This document shows positions 23,301 to 34,400 of a stretch of 36,888 nucleotides of DNA, piece by piece. Both the position numbers and the translations under genes were made by a program. Each line of letters opens with the position of its first letter. Within the stretch, counting starts at the first letter, position 1. The stretch comes from Octopus sinensis (lineage: Eukaryota). The stretch spans positions 1 to 36,888 of the forward strand of contig NW_021836841.1 in NCBI RefSeq assembly GCF_006345805.1, written 5' to 3'. Under the pieces are notes generated by a model that ran no database searches, was not told where the DNA came from, and saw only the letters and a list, made by a program, of their open reading frames with translations.

Positions 23301-24430
23301 TTGAATAGCCAATACCAAACAATCGTAATCTTCTTATTTAAACTGCATTAAACTTTGGCAAGCTTACCTTTACCTATTCTGAGTTACTCGAAACGTGATG
23401 TTCCCTTCCCCCTCTTCTATTTGTTGATACCTTTGTTTACCTACCAATGCGTTGTTTCAATTTAAGAATGCTTATTTACCCATCCATTGTGATATTTCGA
23501 CTGTTGTCCATTGTTTCAAATACGTTTTGACATTGTCATTCTAGCTTTTTTAAAACAATGAATCACCGGGCTACACATAAATCTTCTCTGTAGTCCAAAT
23601 ATTCGGTGACAAAAATACCACCAAAGCAACTTAAACCGACCAAAGGACGGGTGCGTTTGCCAGTGTGTGTATATATATATATATAAAAACATTCATTCTT
23701 ATATTATTGCGGCATTACGTGCACCCCCCCCCGTTTGTTTGTCCAATTTTAAACCCTGCACGACTTCTATACACACTGTCTTTCCTACCCGCCATTGCTT
23801 CTTCACCAAACTATTTTGGCGCCCTCCGATTCTTCCCCCCTCTTCCTCCCATCCTCCTTAATCCCTTCTTTCTCCTTTTCTCTTGGTCACTGATTCTGTC
23901 CCCTGCCTTCCACCCTCTTTGATTCCCTCTCTCTCTGTCTCTCTTTCTCTCTCTCTCCTGCGACCTGCTGCTTCTTAAACCATTCTGTTGGCCATCGTAT
24001 CTCGACCAGCATGTGTCCCCGCTACCGAAACGGTAATTATTTCTACGCCAGCTGCTATGTTGTTGTTGTTTTGTCTCATTTGGTCTAAAGTCGTATGACA
24101 ACCACCGTTATATATATTTTGTTTATTCATTACTGTTTTCAATTTCGTTTTCGTCTCTTGTATTTACATCCGTCTTGTGCGTTCACATTCCTGTCTTCTA
24201 CCAGAAATCTAATGCTTACAGCTTAGTTTTTTTCTTGGGGCTGGCCGAGTTGGAGCAAATATCAGATTGAACAGCCGAAGTTTGCTATGATGATTCGGTG
24301 TTGACTGAAGATTGAAGGCTTCGAATGATTTGTCTGTGTTCCGTGTTCGTCCCTTCCTGTATTTCACGTTCATTATATATAAAAACATGCATTCTCATAT
24401 ACATAATATATATATATATATATATATATA

Positions 24431-24723
24431 CTTTCAACAATATAGGAATGGCCCTGATAGACCATTCGACTCACTAGAAAGAGCAGCCAAACTCAAACCG
24501 CTAAATAGTTGTAATTCTGAAATTGGAAGAGAAATAAAAACATTTACCCCTTTTCATCTCTGGACTATGCATAGTTTCGACAAACATAAGTAACCAAATT
24601 AATTAAATTAAATTAAATTTGCTTACAACTGGCGTGTCTCATCAGCAGAGAAGCCTAGGACGAGAATATGTCCACGAGGCTACAGCAAGGAAGCCTCAAG
24701 CCAATATGCTCTAAATTTTCAAT
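24431..24723 (-). mobile_element. ~290 nt HHR-bearing element between (TA)n tracts
   Basis: (TA)n at both ends, central hammerhead, 3' part homologous to the arms of foldbacks C and E. Confidence 0.68.
24557..24651 (-). ncRNA. Canonical type I hammerhead ribozyme with long stem II insertion
   Basis: UCUCUG-CUGAUGA-GACA..(GUAAGCAAAUU/AAUUUGGUUAC)..UGUC-GAAA-CUAUGCAUA-GUC-CAGAGA. 6 bp stem I, G10.1-C11.1, perfect 12 nt palindrome ACUAUGCAUAGU as stem III, GUC triplet (C at 24563). Confidence 0.88.
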
Positions 24724-25270
24724 ATATATATATATATATATATATAGGGAGAGAGAGAGAGAGAGAGAGAGAGAGTGAGAGAGAGAGAGAGAGTATGTGT
24801 TAATGAAGTTTCGAATGAAAAGAGCTTGCTCTTTCGCAGGGATGTATTTTATCCAAACGTACACCGGTTTAGCTCCATATCGGTTAAATTTCTGGAATTC
24901 CTTAATTTGTGTTCATATTAGTGTTTATTGATGGTTCTTCTTCGACATTAGTGCCTAACACTTATAAAATTCCAGTTGTTGTCATAGATGTTTTCAGCAA
25001 TCCGATATAGGAGAATACTTTTTAATTATATAATAAAAATGAAAGGGCGAGTGGGAACACAGGAGCTCTCCTTCCATTACGAAGTAATTGAATGTACATG
25101 AATGCATGTCAATTTTCCTCTGAAGAGACTTTTGCCTTTTAAATACATAATGCAAGGTTAATTGTAAAATATAAACGAAGATGGGAAAAGCAACGTGCGC
25201 AGGTGACATGAAATTGCATATTATATAAATATATTGATTTTTCTGTGTTCACATTTCTCATTTTTTAATG

Positions 25271-25306
<36 letters not shown>

Positions 25307-25763
25307 ATATACATAAACGTCGAACCATGAGAGTGAGTGCTCAACATCGCATTGGTGTATAGTATTTATCAATTGATATATATATATATTTATATATATA
25401 TATCATATAACTAATATATAAATATGTGCATATATATACGTACATATATGTATATGCCTACATATATATATATATGTAAATATACATGTATATATGGGGA
25501 CAGAACATCAAAAAACGTAGACTAATTGAGAAACGAGAACATAAAAAAAATGAAAACATAGAAAACGAGTTTTTCAAACACCGAAAGAAACAAACAGAGA
25601 AACGAGACAGGCAACATGAAGAACATTCCCTTCATCAGTTGTCCCCTGTTTTAGCTACTATTTACATATTATTTATATTATTATGTGATCAAACGCCACG
25701 CATTCATTTCTGAGTAAGTTTTATATATATAATATATATATATAATAATACATAATACATACA

Positions 25764-25799
<36 letters not shown>

Positions 25800-25849
25800 T
25801 ATACATATATATACACACACATGTATATATATTGAAAATTAGGAAGACT

Positions 25850-25924
25850 GGTTTATGGAATTACCTTAGGTTTCCCATCCATAAAGTGTTAAGCCTTTTG
25901 GCGTATCATCAGATCCCCAAAACC
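25850..25924 (-). ncRNA. Type I hammerhead with intact core and stems I and III but a decayed stem II
   Basis: GGUUUUGGGGAU-CUGAUGA-..-GAAA-CCUAAG-GUA-AUUCCAUAAACC. Stem I 10/12 paired, stem III ACC/GGU; stem II does not close cleanly. Confidence 0.6.
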
Positions 25925-25947
25925 AGCTGGCCCAAGACTTCTTAAAA

Positions 25948-25987
<40 letters not shown>

Positions 25988-25999
25988 TATAAATTAAAA

Positions 26000-26305
26000 A
26001 ATTAGAGATAAAGCCACTATTAGGCAACTCAAACAGTGATATTCATAAACCAAAACAAAAAAACAAAAAATAGTTTAAAAAGGTTAAAAGTTTAAAACTT
26101 TAAAAATTTATAAATTAAAAATTTAATATAAAAATATAAAAATTTATAAATATATATTTTAAAATTTCAAACTTCAATAATTTAATTTCTAAATATTATA
26201 CTTTATATATATATTATATTAATTATATTTATATTATTTGTTATTTATGTATTGGTTTATGTCTATCACTGTTTGAGTTGCCTAATAGTGGTTTTATCTC
26301 TGATT
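26000..26305. repeat. Foldback D: ~54 bp inverted arms around an AT-rich spacer
   Basis: AATTAGAGATAAAGCCACTATTAGGCAACTCAAACAGTGAT..TAAACCAA (26000-26053) mirrors 26252-26305; the same motif occurs at 22537-22565. Confidence 0.85.
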
Positions 26306-26391
26306 CATATTTTATATATTTATACTGTGAAATTTGATTTAATCCTAAATTTGATTTTTCCCTGTAAGTTTGGATATACTCCCTAATATTA

Positions 26392-26434
<43 letters not shown>

Positions 26435-26559
26435 TAAAAGGAATTCCAACCTTTCTGATTTTCACGTTTTATTTACAATCTTATAATGATATATTATAAG
26501 ATAAATATATAATGAATAAAATAAAATGAAATAGTAGAATGTTAAATGTTCATTCTGAT

Positions 26560-26604
26560 TGAACTAGTACTTTCATGCATTAAATTATGCAATCTTCGGA
26601 TTCA
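26560..26604 (-). ncRNA. Degenerate type I hammerhead (U4C) in the pLTR of the second PLE
   Basis: UGAAU-CCGAAGA-UUGCAU AAUUUA AUGCAU-GAAA-GUA-CUA-GUUCA. Palindromic AGUACU stem III; 5 bp stem I including a wobble. Confidence 0.55.
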
Positions 26605-26667
26605 TGTAGTAGTGGTGACAGTCATGCTTCACAATTTTTGACTGTAGCAAGATGATTGATTCTGTGC

Positions 26668-26781
26668 TATAAATACAGCTGGGTAGGCTCCAGAGTGCTA
26701 GGTTTTGCAAACTGTATTCTGACCAATCAGTGTGTAGTATCACTCAATTACTTAAGCTGATTGGTTGGTTGAGCTGATTGG
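26668..26781 (-). promoter_or_regulatory. Putative pLTR promoter: CCAAT boxes followed by a TATA-like motif upstream of the hammerhead
   Basis: Minus-strand CCAAT at 26777-26781 and 26760-26764, plus-strand CCAAT at 26723-26727, TATTTATA at 26668-26675. Short motifs, supported only by context. Confidence 0.3.
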
Positions 26782-27098
26782 TTTAGGCATCACGCTTTGT
26801 TGGACATGTCAAGAGTCCTGTATCTTGACCCTGGCCGAAGCAGCAATTGTTGGGTTATTTTTAGAAATGTTTGTAAATATCCTTTGTCAGAGATTTTTAT
26901 ATTTTTATATTTCAATTGTCATCATCATCATTGTCAGCATCTTAATTATTGTTGCTAGTGGTGATGGTGGTGGCAATAGAACTTTTAGCCCTAAATAAGA
27001 TAAGATCATTTTCTGCATCTTCATCTTGATCACCTTTAGTATTGTTGTTGTGTTAGTGGTCATGGTCGTAGCAGTGGAAGTAGTACCTCTAAGTATTA

Positions 27099-27359
27099 TT
27101 ATTGCTTATTTAGCTTGGGTTCGAATTTATCAATAAAATTCTTTTCTCTGATTCTCCTCTCGATTTCACTTGGGCTGTGTAATTTGTAGAACGGAAATAT
27201 TATATACATTTTCCGGCCACATGTTGCTAGGTGGTTACTCAAAGGTATCTGACGGACCTCTGGGTCTCTAATCTGTTGCCGGTGTACACGTGAGCGTTCT
27301 AATAGTGCGTTTCCCGTCTGACCTACATATATTTCTTCACAATTTGGGCATTTCTTCTC
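27099..27359 (-). pseudogene. GIY-YIG endonuclease C-terminal part of a second PLE family (not in the ORF track)
   Basis: 86 open codons: EKKCPNCEEIYVGQTGNALLERSRVHRQQIRDPEVRQIPLSNHLATCGRKMYIIFPFYKLHSPSEIERRIREKNFIDKFEPKLNKQ*, with YVGQT, the conserved R/H, RE and PKLN. Confidence 0.85.
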
Positions 27360-27442
27360 CTATATAATCTAAACTCCGGTTTACCAAACGAACCACCCGC
27401 TACCGTACAACTTTACAAACGACTGTACATACCCAGATATAT

Positions 27443-27838
27443 ACTCTTTTACATGTTTCAGTCATTTGACTGCGACCATGCTGGAACACCGCCTTTAGTC
27501 GAGTAAATCGACCTCAGGACTTATTCTTTGCAAGCCAAGAACTTATTCTATTGGTTCTTTTGCCGAACCGCTAAGTTACGGGGACGTAAATACACCAGCA
27601 TCGGTTGTCAAGCGATGTTAGGAGGACAAACACAGACACAAACATGTACATACACATGCATATACACATATACATATATACGGCGGGCTTCTTTCAGTTT
27701 CCGTCTACGAAATCCACTCACAAGGTTTTGGTCGGCTCGAGATTATAGTAGAAGACACTTTGCTCAAGGTGTCACGCAGTGGGACTGAACCCGGAACCAT
27801 GTGGCTGGAAAGCAAGCTACTTACCACACAGCAACTCC
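27443..27838 (-). mobile_element. tRNA-type SINE family B, full length
   Basis: Reverse complement aligns with 7881-8290. Confidence 0.9.
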
Positions 27839-27865
27839 AAATATATTATATATATATATATAATA

Positions 27866-28068
27866 ATTCAAAATGTGACCGCAGGTGTACCGTTGGCGAT
27901 TTTTTTCCTCCGTCTTCCCTTATTTGGATCTTTCCTTTTCCTATGTTTCTGACGAAGAGCTCCGCTCGAAACGTTTCCTTCTTTCCTGAGCGTCCAATAA
28001 TACTATACTTGTTCCACGTCCTCGCGTTGTTGTGTTTTCTCTTTGTGTTTTCATGTTTGGATTAACTT

Positions 28069-28070
<2 letters not shown>
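27866..28070 (+). mobile_element. HHR-bearing mini-element, copy 3; hammerhead (27945-27975) has lost the 3' strand of stem I by deletion
   Basis: Aligns with the reverse complement of 20924-21143. CTGACGAAGAGCTCCGCTCGAAACGTT is followed by TCCTTC instead of AAACCC; (TA)n flanks. Confidence 0.82.
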
Positions 28071-28111
<41 letters not shown>

Positions 28112-28169
28112 ACATATGCATATCCAAAAACGAAACATATACATATATATATATATATATACACTTGAA

Positions 28170-28490
28170 TATGTTTCGGTCCTCATTGGCCCAGACCAAT
28201 TCTAACTTAATAGCACCACGTGCAAATGATATTTGAAGTTGTTTCATATTACCGTCATTCTTTGAGCACCATAGATCATTCGAGCTGAGAATTATTTTTT
28301 GTGGAGATGTATTGGGGGTTAGGTAGTTTACCTGGTGTCCGTTGGAGATATTCGTCCAGGAACTATTTAGACATTAGAGGATCTGTTTCTTATGTGTCTT
28401 GGTGTGATGTTAAAGAGAGCAGGGCCAGTCGAAATGAAATAGTTTTGTCATAAATTTGTAATTGTGCTTGACGCGAACATGACTGTTGTT
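28170..28490 (-). mobile_element. Decayed 3' end of a CR1/L2-group LINE
   Basis: YFISTGPALFNITPRHIRN, then (frameshift) FLDEYLQRTPGKLPNPQYISTKNNSQLE*, resembling invertebrate CR1 ORF2 C-termini; short terminal hairpin GGTCT/GGACC. Confidence 0.55.
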
Positions 28491-28496
28491 GAGGAC

Positions 28497-28533
<37 letters not shown>

Positions 28534-28687
28534 ATATATATATATATATATAATATATATATATATAATATATATATTATATATATATATTATATATATA
28601 TTATTATATATATGTTATATATATATGTATTATATATATATATATATGTAATACTATTATATTATATATATATATGTATTATATATA

Positions 28688-28735
<48 letters not shown>

Positions 28736-28737
28736 AT

Positions 28738-29109
28738 ATTCATAAGATACATCTATAGGGTGGTGAATATTCGTTATAAATATCACCACCAGTGGCCTAG
28801 CATGTATATATAGTCAATAGACAACATATTCATATATTAAAATAGAAAATTACCCTTTTAACAGTAATTTTTACATGCTAGAAATAGCAGCCAACAAGGT
28901 AAAAGTTTATATTTTTCATTTACTTCGAGAGTTGCTATTAAATTGTGGTTTTGGCTGCTATTTCTAGCATGTAAAAATTACCTGTTAAAAGGGTAATTTT
29001 TCTATTTTAAAATATGAATATGTTGTCTATTGACTATATATACATGCTAGGCCACTGGTGGTGATATTTATAACGAATATTCACCACCCTATAGATGTAT
29101 CTTATGAAT
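28738..29109. repeat. Foldback E: ~157 bp near-perfect inverted arms, 56 bp spacer, in (TA)n
   Basis: 28738-28894 versus revcomp of 28951-29109: one substitution and two single-base indels by my alignment. Confidence 0.93.
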
Positions 29110-29116
29110 ATATATA

Positions 29117-29566
29117 TATTGCGTTACTATTTTCATTGAAACTTCTTCACTGTTCTCGTTCTGTTAACGTTTTGGCGTTCAGACGAAATGTACTGGCATA
29201 GATGTGGCAATATTTGAAATTTTGTCTAGGTATATGCAGCTGATGAGGACAAATCAAATCTACGTTGTCAAACGTATTTGAAGAGTCTGAAACCGGTCCT
29301 GCATTATCCGTTTCTAGGTTTTTCATTTTTCAGATGTTCTTCCAAGAGGTAAGACAAATTTTTTTCATGTTTGTTGCACACACACGTCTTTGCTAGTATA
29401 TACGCAGTGAAGCTATACAATAGCGTCGTATTTATTACGATCGCTATTTTCCAGTAAATATCGGTACTTCGTTGTACCATTTATTTACTTTTATATGTAT
29501 AATTTTACCCTTACAGGCTATATTTTACAGGAAAGCATTACTTTCGTATTGCGTTACTATTTTCAT
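29117..29566 (+). mobile_element. 430 nt HHR-bearing unit with a 20 nt terminal direct repeat (retrozyme-like), between (TA)n tracts
   Basis: TATTGCGTTACTATTTTCAT at 29117-29136 and 29547-29566; hammerhead at 29234-29304. Confidence 0.75.
29234..29304 (+). ncRNA. Type I hammerhead ribozyme with extended stem II
   Basis: AUGCAG-CUGAUGA-GGAC..(UCAAA..UACGUU GUCA AACGUA UUUGA)..GUCU-GAAA-CCG-GUC-CUGCAU. 6 bp stem I, palindromic ACCGGU stem III, GUC triplet (C at 29298); the 10.1-11.1 pair is G-U. Confidence 0.87.
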
Positions 29567-29665
29567 ATATACATATATATATATATACATACATACATTC
29601 ATTCATACATACATGCACGCATAAATACATACGTACGTACGAAGAAATGTATATACATATATTGT

Positions 29666-30157
29666 GACCCCCTTCAGTCATGAATGACCGTGGGATTGCA
29701 CTTAGAAAGTTACCCTCCGAGGCACAAGTCTGGGCAAGGTTGTTTATGGAAGACCAGCAGTCGCCCATGCATACCAGTCTCCCACCGATGTTATCCAAGG
29801 GAAAGGCCGATACAGCTTGGCACCAGTGACGTCGCAGCTCATTTATTAACGTGCAAGTGGCTGAGCACTCCACAGACACGTATACCCTTAATGTAGTTCT
29901 CGGGGAGATTCAGCGTGAGACAGGGTGTGACAAGGCCGGCCCTTTGAAATACAGATACAACAGAAACAGGAAGAAAGAGTGAAAGAAAGTTGTGGTGAAA
30001 GAGTACGGCAGGGTTCACCACCACCCCCTGCCGGAGCCTCGTGGAGCTTTAGGTATTTTCGCTCAATAAACACTCAGAATGCCCGGTCTGGAAATCGAAA
30101 TCACGATCCTACGACCGCGAGTCCGCTGACCTAACCACTGGGCTATTGCGCCTCCAC
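29666..30157 (-). mobile_element. tRNA-type SINE family C (~490 bp)
   Basis: Minus head GGAGGCGCAATAGCCCAGTGGTTAGG (A-box) and TTCGATTTCC (B-box-like); microsatellite flanks; single copy here. Confidence 0.7.
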
Positions 30158-30161
30158 ATAT

Positions 30162-30242
<81 letters not shown>

Positions 30243-30269
30243 TACATACTTATATATGTATGCATAATT

Positions 30270-30359
30270 GATAGATCGATAGAAGATAGATAGATAGATA
30301 GATAGATAGTAGAAGATAGATAGATAGTTATGTAGATAGAAGATAGTTGATAGATAGAC

Positions 30360-30427
<68 letters not shown>

Positions 30428-30459
30428 TGATTGATAGATAGATAGATAGATAGATAGAT

Positions 30460-30523
<64 letters not shown>

Positions 30524-30535
30524 CAGATATAGATA

Positions 30536-30602
<67 letters not shown>
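30270..30602. repeat. (GATA)n microsatellite
   Basis: Directly visible. Confidence 0.95.
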
Positions 30603-31408
30603 TGCGCGTATGCCTACGTACAATCCGATGTACTTCGGTTTGTCAATACGATTAAGCCAGTCTCTGGTGACACTGCTGAAAATTGAATTTAACTCCAGTA
30701 AATTAGGAGTTCAAAGCGATTGAATTGAGGATTATAAAAAAAAAATATATTATATACAACTTCTCAATATTACTAAAGGCTAATTAAGTGTCTCTGACTC
30801 TAATTGAGGTTTATATTCATATATGCATTCAATTATATATATATTTCAATGTGTTAAATGTATATATGTGCATGTGCGTGTGTGAGTGTGTGTGTGTGTG
30901 TGTTGGTATGTGTGTATGTGTGTGTGTATTTATATACGTGTGTGTGTGAATGTGTGTATTTATAGTGCATTTTGTGTCGGTGTGGTTGTGTACGAGGGTG
31001 TCTACACATATTGGAATATACGCCGGTCTACGTGTATGTGACTGTGTGAGTCATTGTGTGTGTGTGTGTGTGTGTGTGTACGTGTGTAAGTGTGTGCGTG
31101 TGTGTGTGCGTGTGTGCGCACGCATGAGTTTCCGAGATTGAAAATAGTGAGGATTGCATACAGGCAATTTGGGATGACGAAGATAATTGGAAGACTGACA
31201 GACTGACAGACTGACAGACTGACAGACAGGCAGATAGCCAACAAGGCAGGCAGACAGACAGGCAGGCAGGCAGACAGATAGAAAAACAACCGACAGGTAG
31301 ATAGATATGAACAGGCAGACAGACAGACGGATAAACAGACAGACAGACAGGCAGACAGGCAGACAGACAGACAGACAGTGAGACATAGATAGATAGATAG
31401 AGAGATAT

Positions 31409-34400
31409 GTTTCTTTATTAGCCACACAGGGCTGCACACAGATAGAACAAATTACAAGGTAGAGCTTTTCTTTTGAAGGTTTAAAAAAAAAAAAAAAAAG
31501 GAAAGGGGGGAGTTTCGATCAAAAGGGATCGTAAAAGGAGAGAAAGAGGACAAAAAAAGGGGGGTAAAAAAAGGGGGAGAGGAAAAAAAATTGATCAATA
31601 GGGATCGTTATCAAAGAAATGTCATATGAAGTGTAAGGGGGAGGACAGGTGAGGTTTACCGTGGAAAGAAAAGCCTACGGAAAAGACCACGGTAACCTCG
31701 GTCAATGAAGTCACATTTTAATTCTTTTTTTTTTTTTTTTTTGCAAATAAGCAAATCTCTGTTTTCAATTTCTGGTTCATGGATTATGCTCAAGGTGGCT
31801 TCGTCATTCATACGTGCCATCCTTGCTACATTCACCCATCTTTTTTAAAACATTCGCTAGGAAAAACTTGCCTCTCTACTTTCACTTTCCTTTTCAAGTG
31901 GTACTTGAAGAAGTTGATGAGAGATTGACCAGAGAGGGAAAGTGTTTGTCCCAATCCTTTCAGACGCGTCCACCAGATACATTCTTTCGCCATAGCCACA
32001 AGGATGATGAAAATAGCTCTTCCTTCCGTTTGAAGGAAGGAGGCGTGACAATATTGACGATAGACTCAGCTGATAAACCGACTCATCCCACACGTGACAG
32101 CAGTTGTTCGACATAAGCCCACAGGTCGGAAATTGTTGGACACTGAACGAGTGCGTGCAGAACGGTTTCGTCGCTCTGACCGCATCTCGGGCAGGTCGGC
32201 CCCGTGTTTCTCGAGCCGTGTCTGTAGAGCTTATCCCGAAACGGGTAGCACTTCTCGGTAGCAATGCCAGGCCAGGGATCTTGGAAGTTTGTCCATGGGC
32301 CCTGGCCGAAAGTCGTCTGAACAGGCGGGTCAGGTACTCCTCGTCGACGTCCAGGTTCGCCCCGAGCTCGTCGTCGTACCTCCCTCACTAAACCCTATAG
32401 AATGCTTTGGTTGTGTTGAAGTCACTTAAGGTCGACCCAGGACGGCGGCAGAGTTGCTTGAGAGCAACGCGACACTCGGTGCCATTCGCCCTTCCTCGGC
32501 TCTTTTTGATCCACGACTGCAGTTCGGTCATGGAGACGAGCTGCGGGAAAGCGTGCCTCACAAACGCGACCACACCTGTTCACCATCGTCTTACATAGAG
32601 CCAGAGATGTCGCAGTCTCAGCGCGTATCTGCGCATCATCACCACGGCATGCCCAGCCCTCCTTTAACGGGTGTTGACAGCAAATGGATCGCCTGACCAT
32701 CGGGACGCATCCTTTCCACAAGAAGCGAAAGAGAGAATGCGTTGTAGTTTGTAGTTGGTAGTTGATGTAGGGTCGGGCAAGGTACGACGGTCAGGCGGTA
32801 GTAGATGACGGACGCGATGTACGTGTTCGCCACCTTTGCTCGACCTTTTAGGGACAGTTCCTCTCGGCCCATTGCCGGGCGAGAGTGACCACCCTACTCG
32901 TTATCTCGTTCCAGTTCTTCTCCACTTGGAGGTCCGGACCGAACCAGACCCCGAGCAACTCAACTGGGCCGTCGGTCCAGCGTCCCACGACGGAGGCGCT
33001 GGTGGACGGCATGGGCTTGCTTCTCCAGGTGCCTAGTCGCAAGCCCACTGACTTTTCCCGGTTGATTTTCGCTCTGTCACCGCTTCGTAGTTTTTCAGTG
33101 TCTCGCCGACCAGCTCGATGTGCTCGTGGCTAGACACTATGACGGTGACGTCGTCCGCGTATGCAGACACGCTCGTCCCGCATCCCAATTCTCGCGGGAT
33201 GCCCCTTAGAGTCGCCAGCTTCCGCAGTAGGGTTCAAGAGTCAATACGTATAGAAGCGCCGAGAGGGGGCATCCCTGACGGACCAACGTGCAATGTCGAA
33301 AGGTCTCGATAGATGTCCATTTACGCGAATTACCGAACGGATGCCCTGTACAAGGCAGCTATCCAGCCGCGGAAGACGGGACCGAAACCAGCCGCTCTCA
33401 GGACTGCCTCCAAGTATCGATGGTCTACCTATCAAAGGCTTTCGATTGATCCAAGTTGATCAGGGCCCCACCCATGCCAGGTTCGTTAACTACCCTGTCT
33501 ATAATGTAGCGCATCAGATGAGGTTGTCATGGATGGTTCGGCTGGCACGGCGCACGTTTGCGCCTTGTCGACCAGTTTCTCGATGACAAGCGCCAACCTC
33601 TTGGCTAGCACCTTGGCCAAAATTTTCAAGTCTGCATTAAGCAGAGTGATGGGCCTAAAGTTTCTATTACATTTCCCTTGTTTAGATCTTTCTTCAGCAG
33701 TGTTACGGCTCCTCGGCTCACAAAACCAGGAATGCTCCCGTTTTGCTGCAAGTTGCAGTACACCGCTGCCAAGAGATCTCCAAACAAGTCTGGCATACAA
33801 TTGTAAAGCTCGTAGGGTAGACCATCCAAACCGGTGATTTGTCCCTCGAGCATTCTGCCATCGCTTCCTGCACTTCCGCCCGCCGTGATGGCACCTTCGC
33901 AGCACCCTGCCTTTCTTGTCGAGAGTCGTGGTAGGCTATGTAGGTAGGCACTGAAGTCCACCCTACGTTCTTGCCCTCCACTCGTTCGAACAGTCGGGCA
34001 AAATGCTGCTGAAAGACCCTCACACATTTTACTTGGCTCGAGCAATTCGCGCCCCTGTTCATCTACCAGGGAACGAATGGTGGCTTTGTTGCCCTGTTGC
34101 GCCTCTGCCCACCCGGGCCTCTCTCGCGGCTCCAACACCTTCGTTCCTTAGAGCACGCATCCTAGCTCTGACAGCACATCCATTCGTGTTTGGCGTGAAG
34201 TGTTGGTCGAGGGCCACTCGCCGCCAAAACGTCGGATGCGATGCCGCTTCTAATTGCCTCTTCTAGCTTCTAACTAGCTCACCCTCTACTCTATTTCTAT
34301 CTATGGCTAGTGCTTTGCTGTACCTAATCGCTTCTGCTTTTATGCTCTCTTGAGGGCAAACCACCATTTGTTGTTGATGATGGCTCCGTCAAAGCCCTCT

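Noticed and set aside
23375-23400. GAG-TTA-CTC-GAAACGT half-hammerhead
   Set aside because: The CUGANGA strand and stem I are missing.
24300-24335. CTGAAGATTGAAGGCTTCGAAT hammerhead-like string
   Set aside because: GAAU instead of GAAA, an unpaired stem II base and no stem I.
25496-25650. Minus-strand CUGAUGAAG with GGGGACA/UGUCCCC complementarity (a similar CUGAUGAAG occurs near 3300-3315)
   Set aside because: I could not place a stem II-GAAA-stem III consistent with a hammerhead. It may be a relic and would need a covariance-model search.
29666-30157. tRNA gene at the head of SINE C (also the heads of families A and B)
   Set aside because: Only A/B-box-like motifs are retained; no complete cloverleaf, and the sequence continues into a SINE body.
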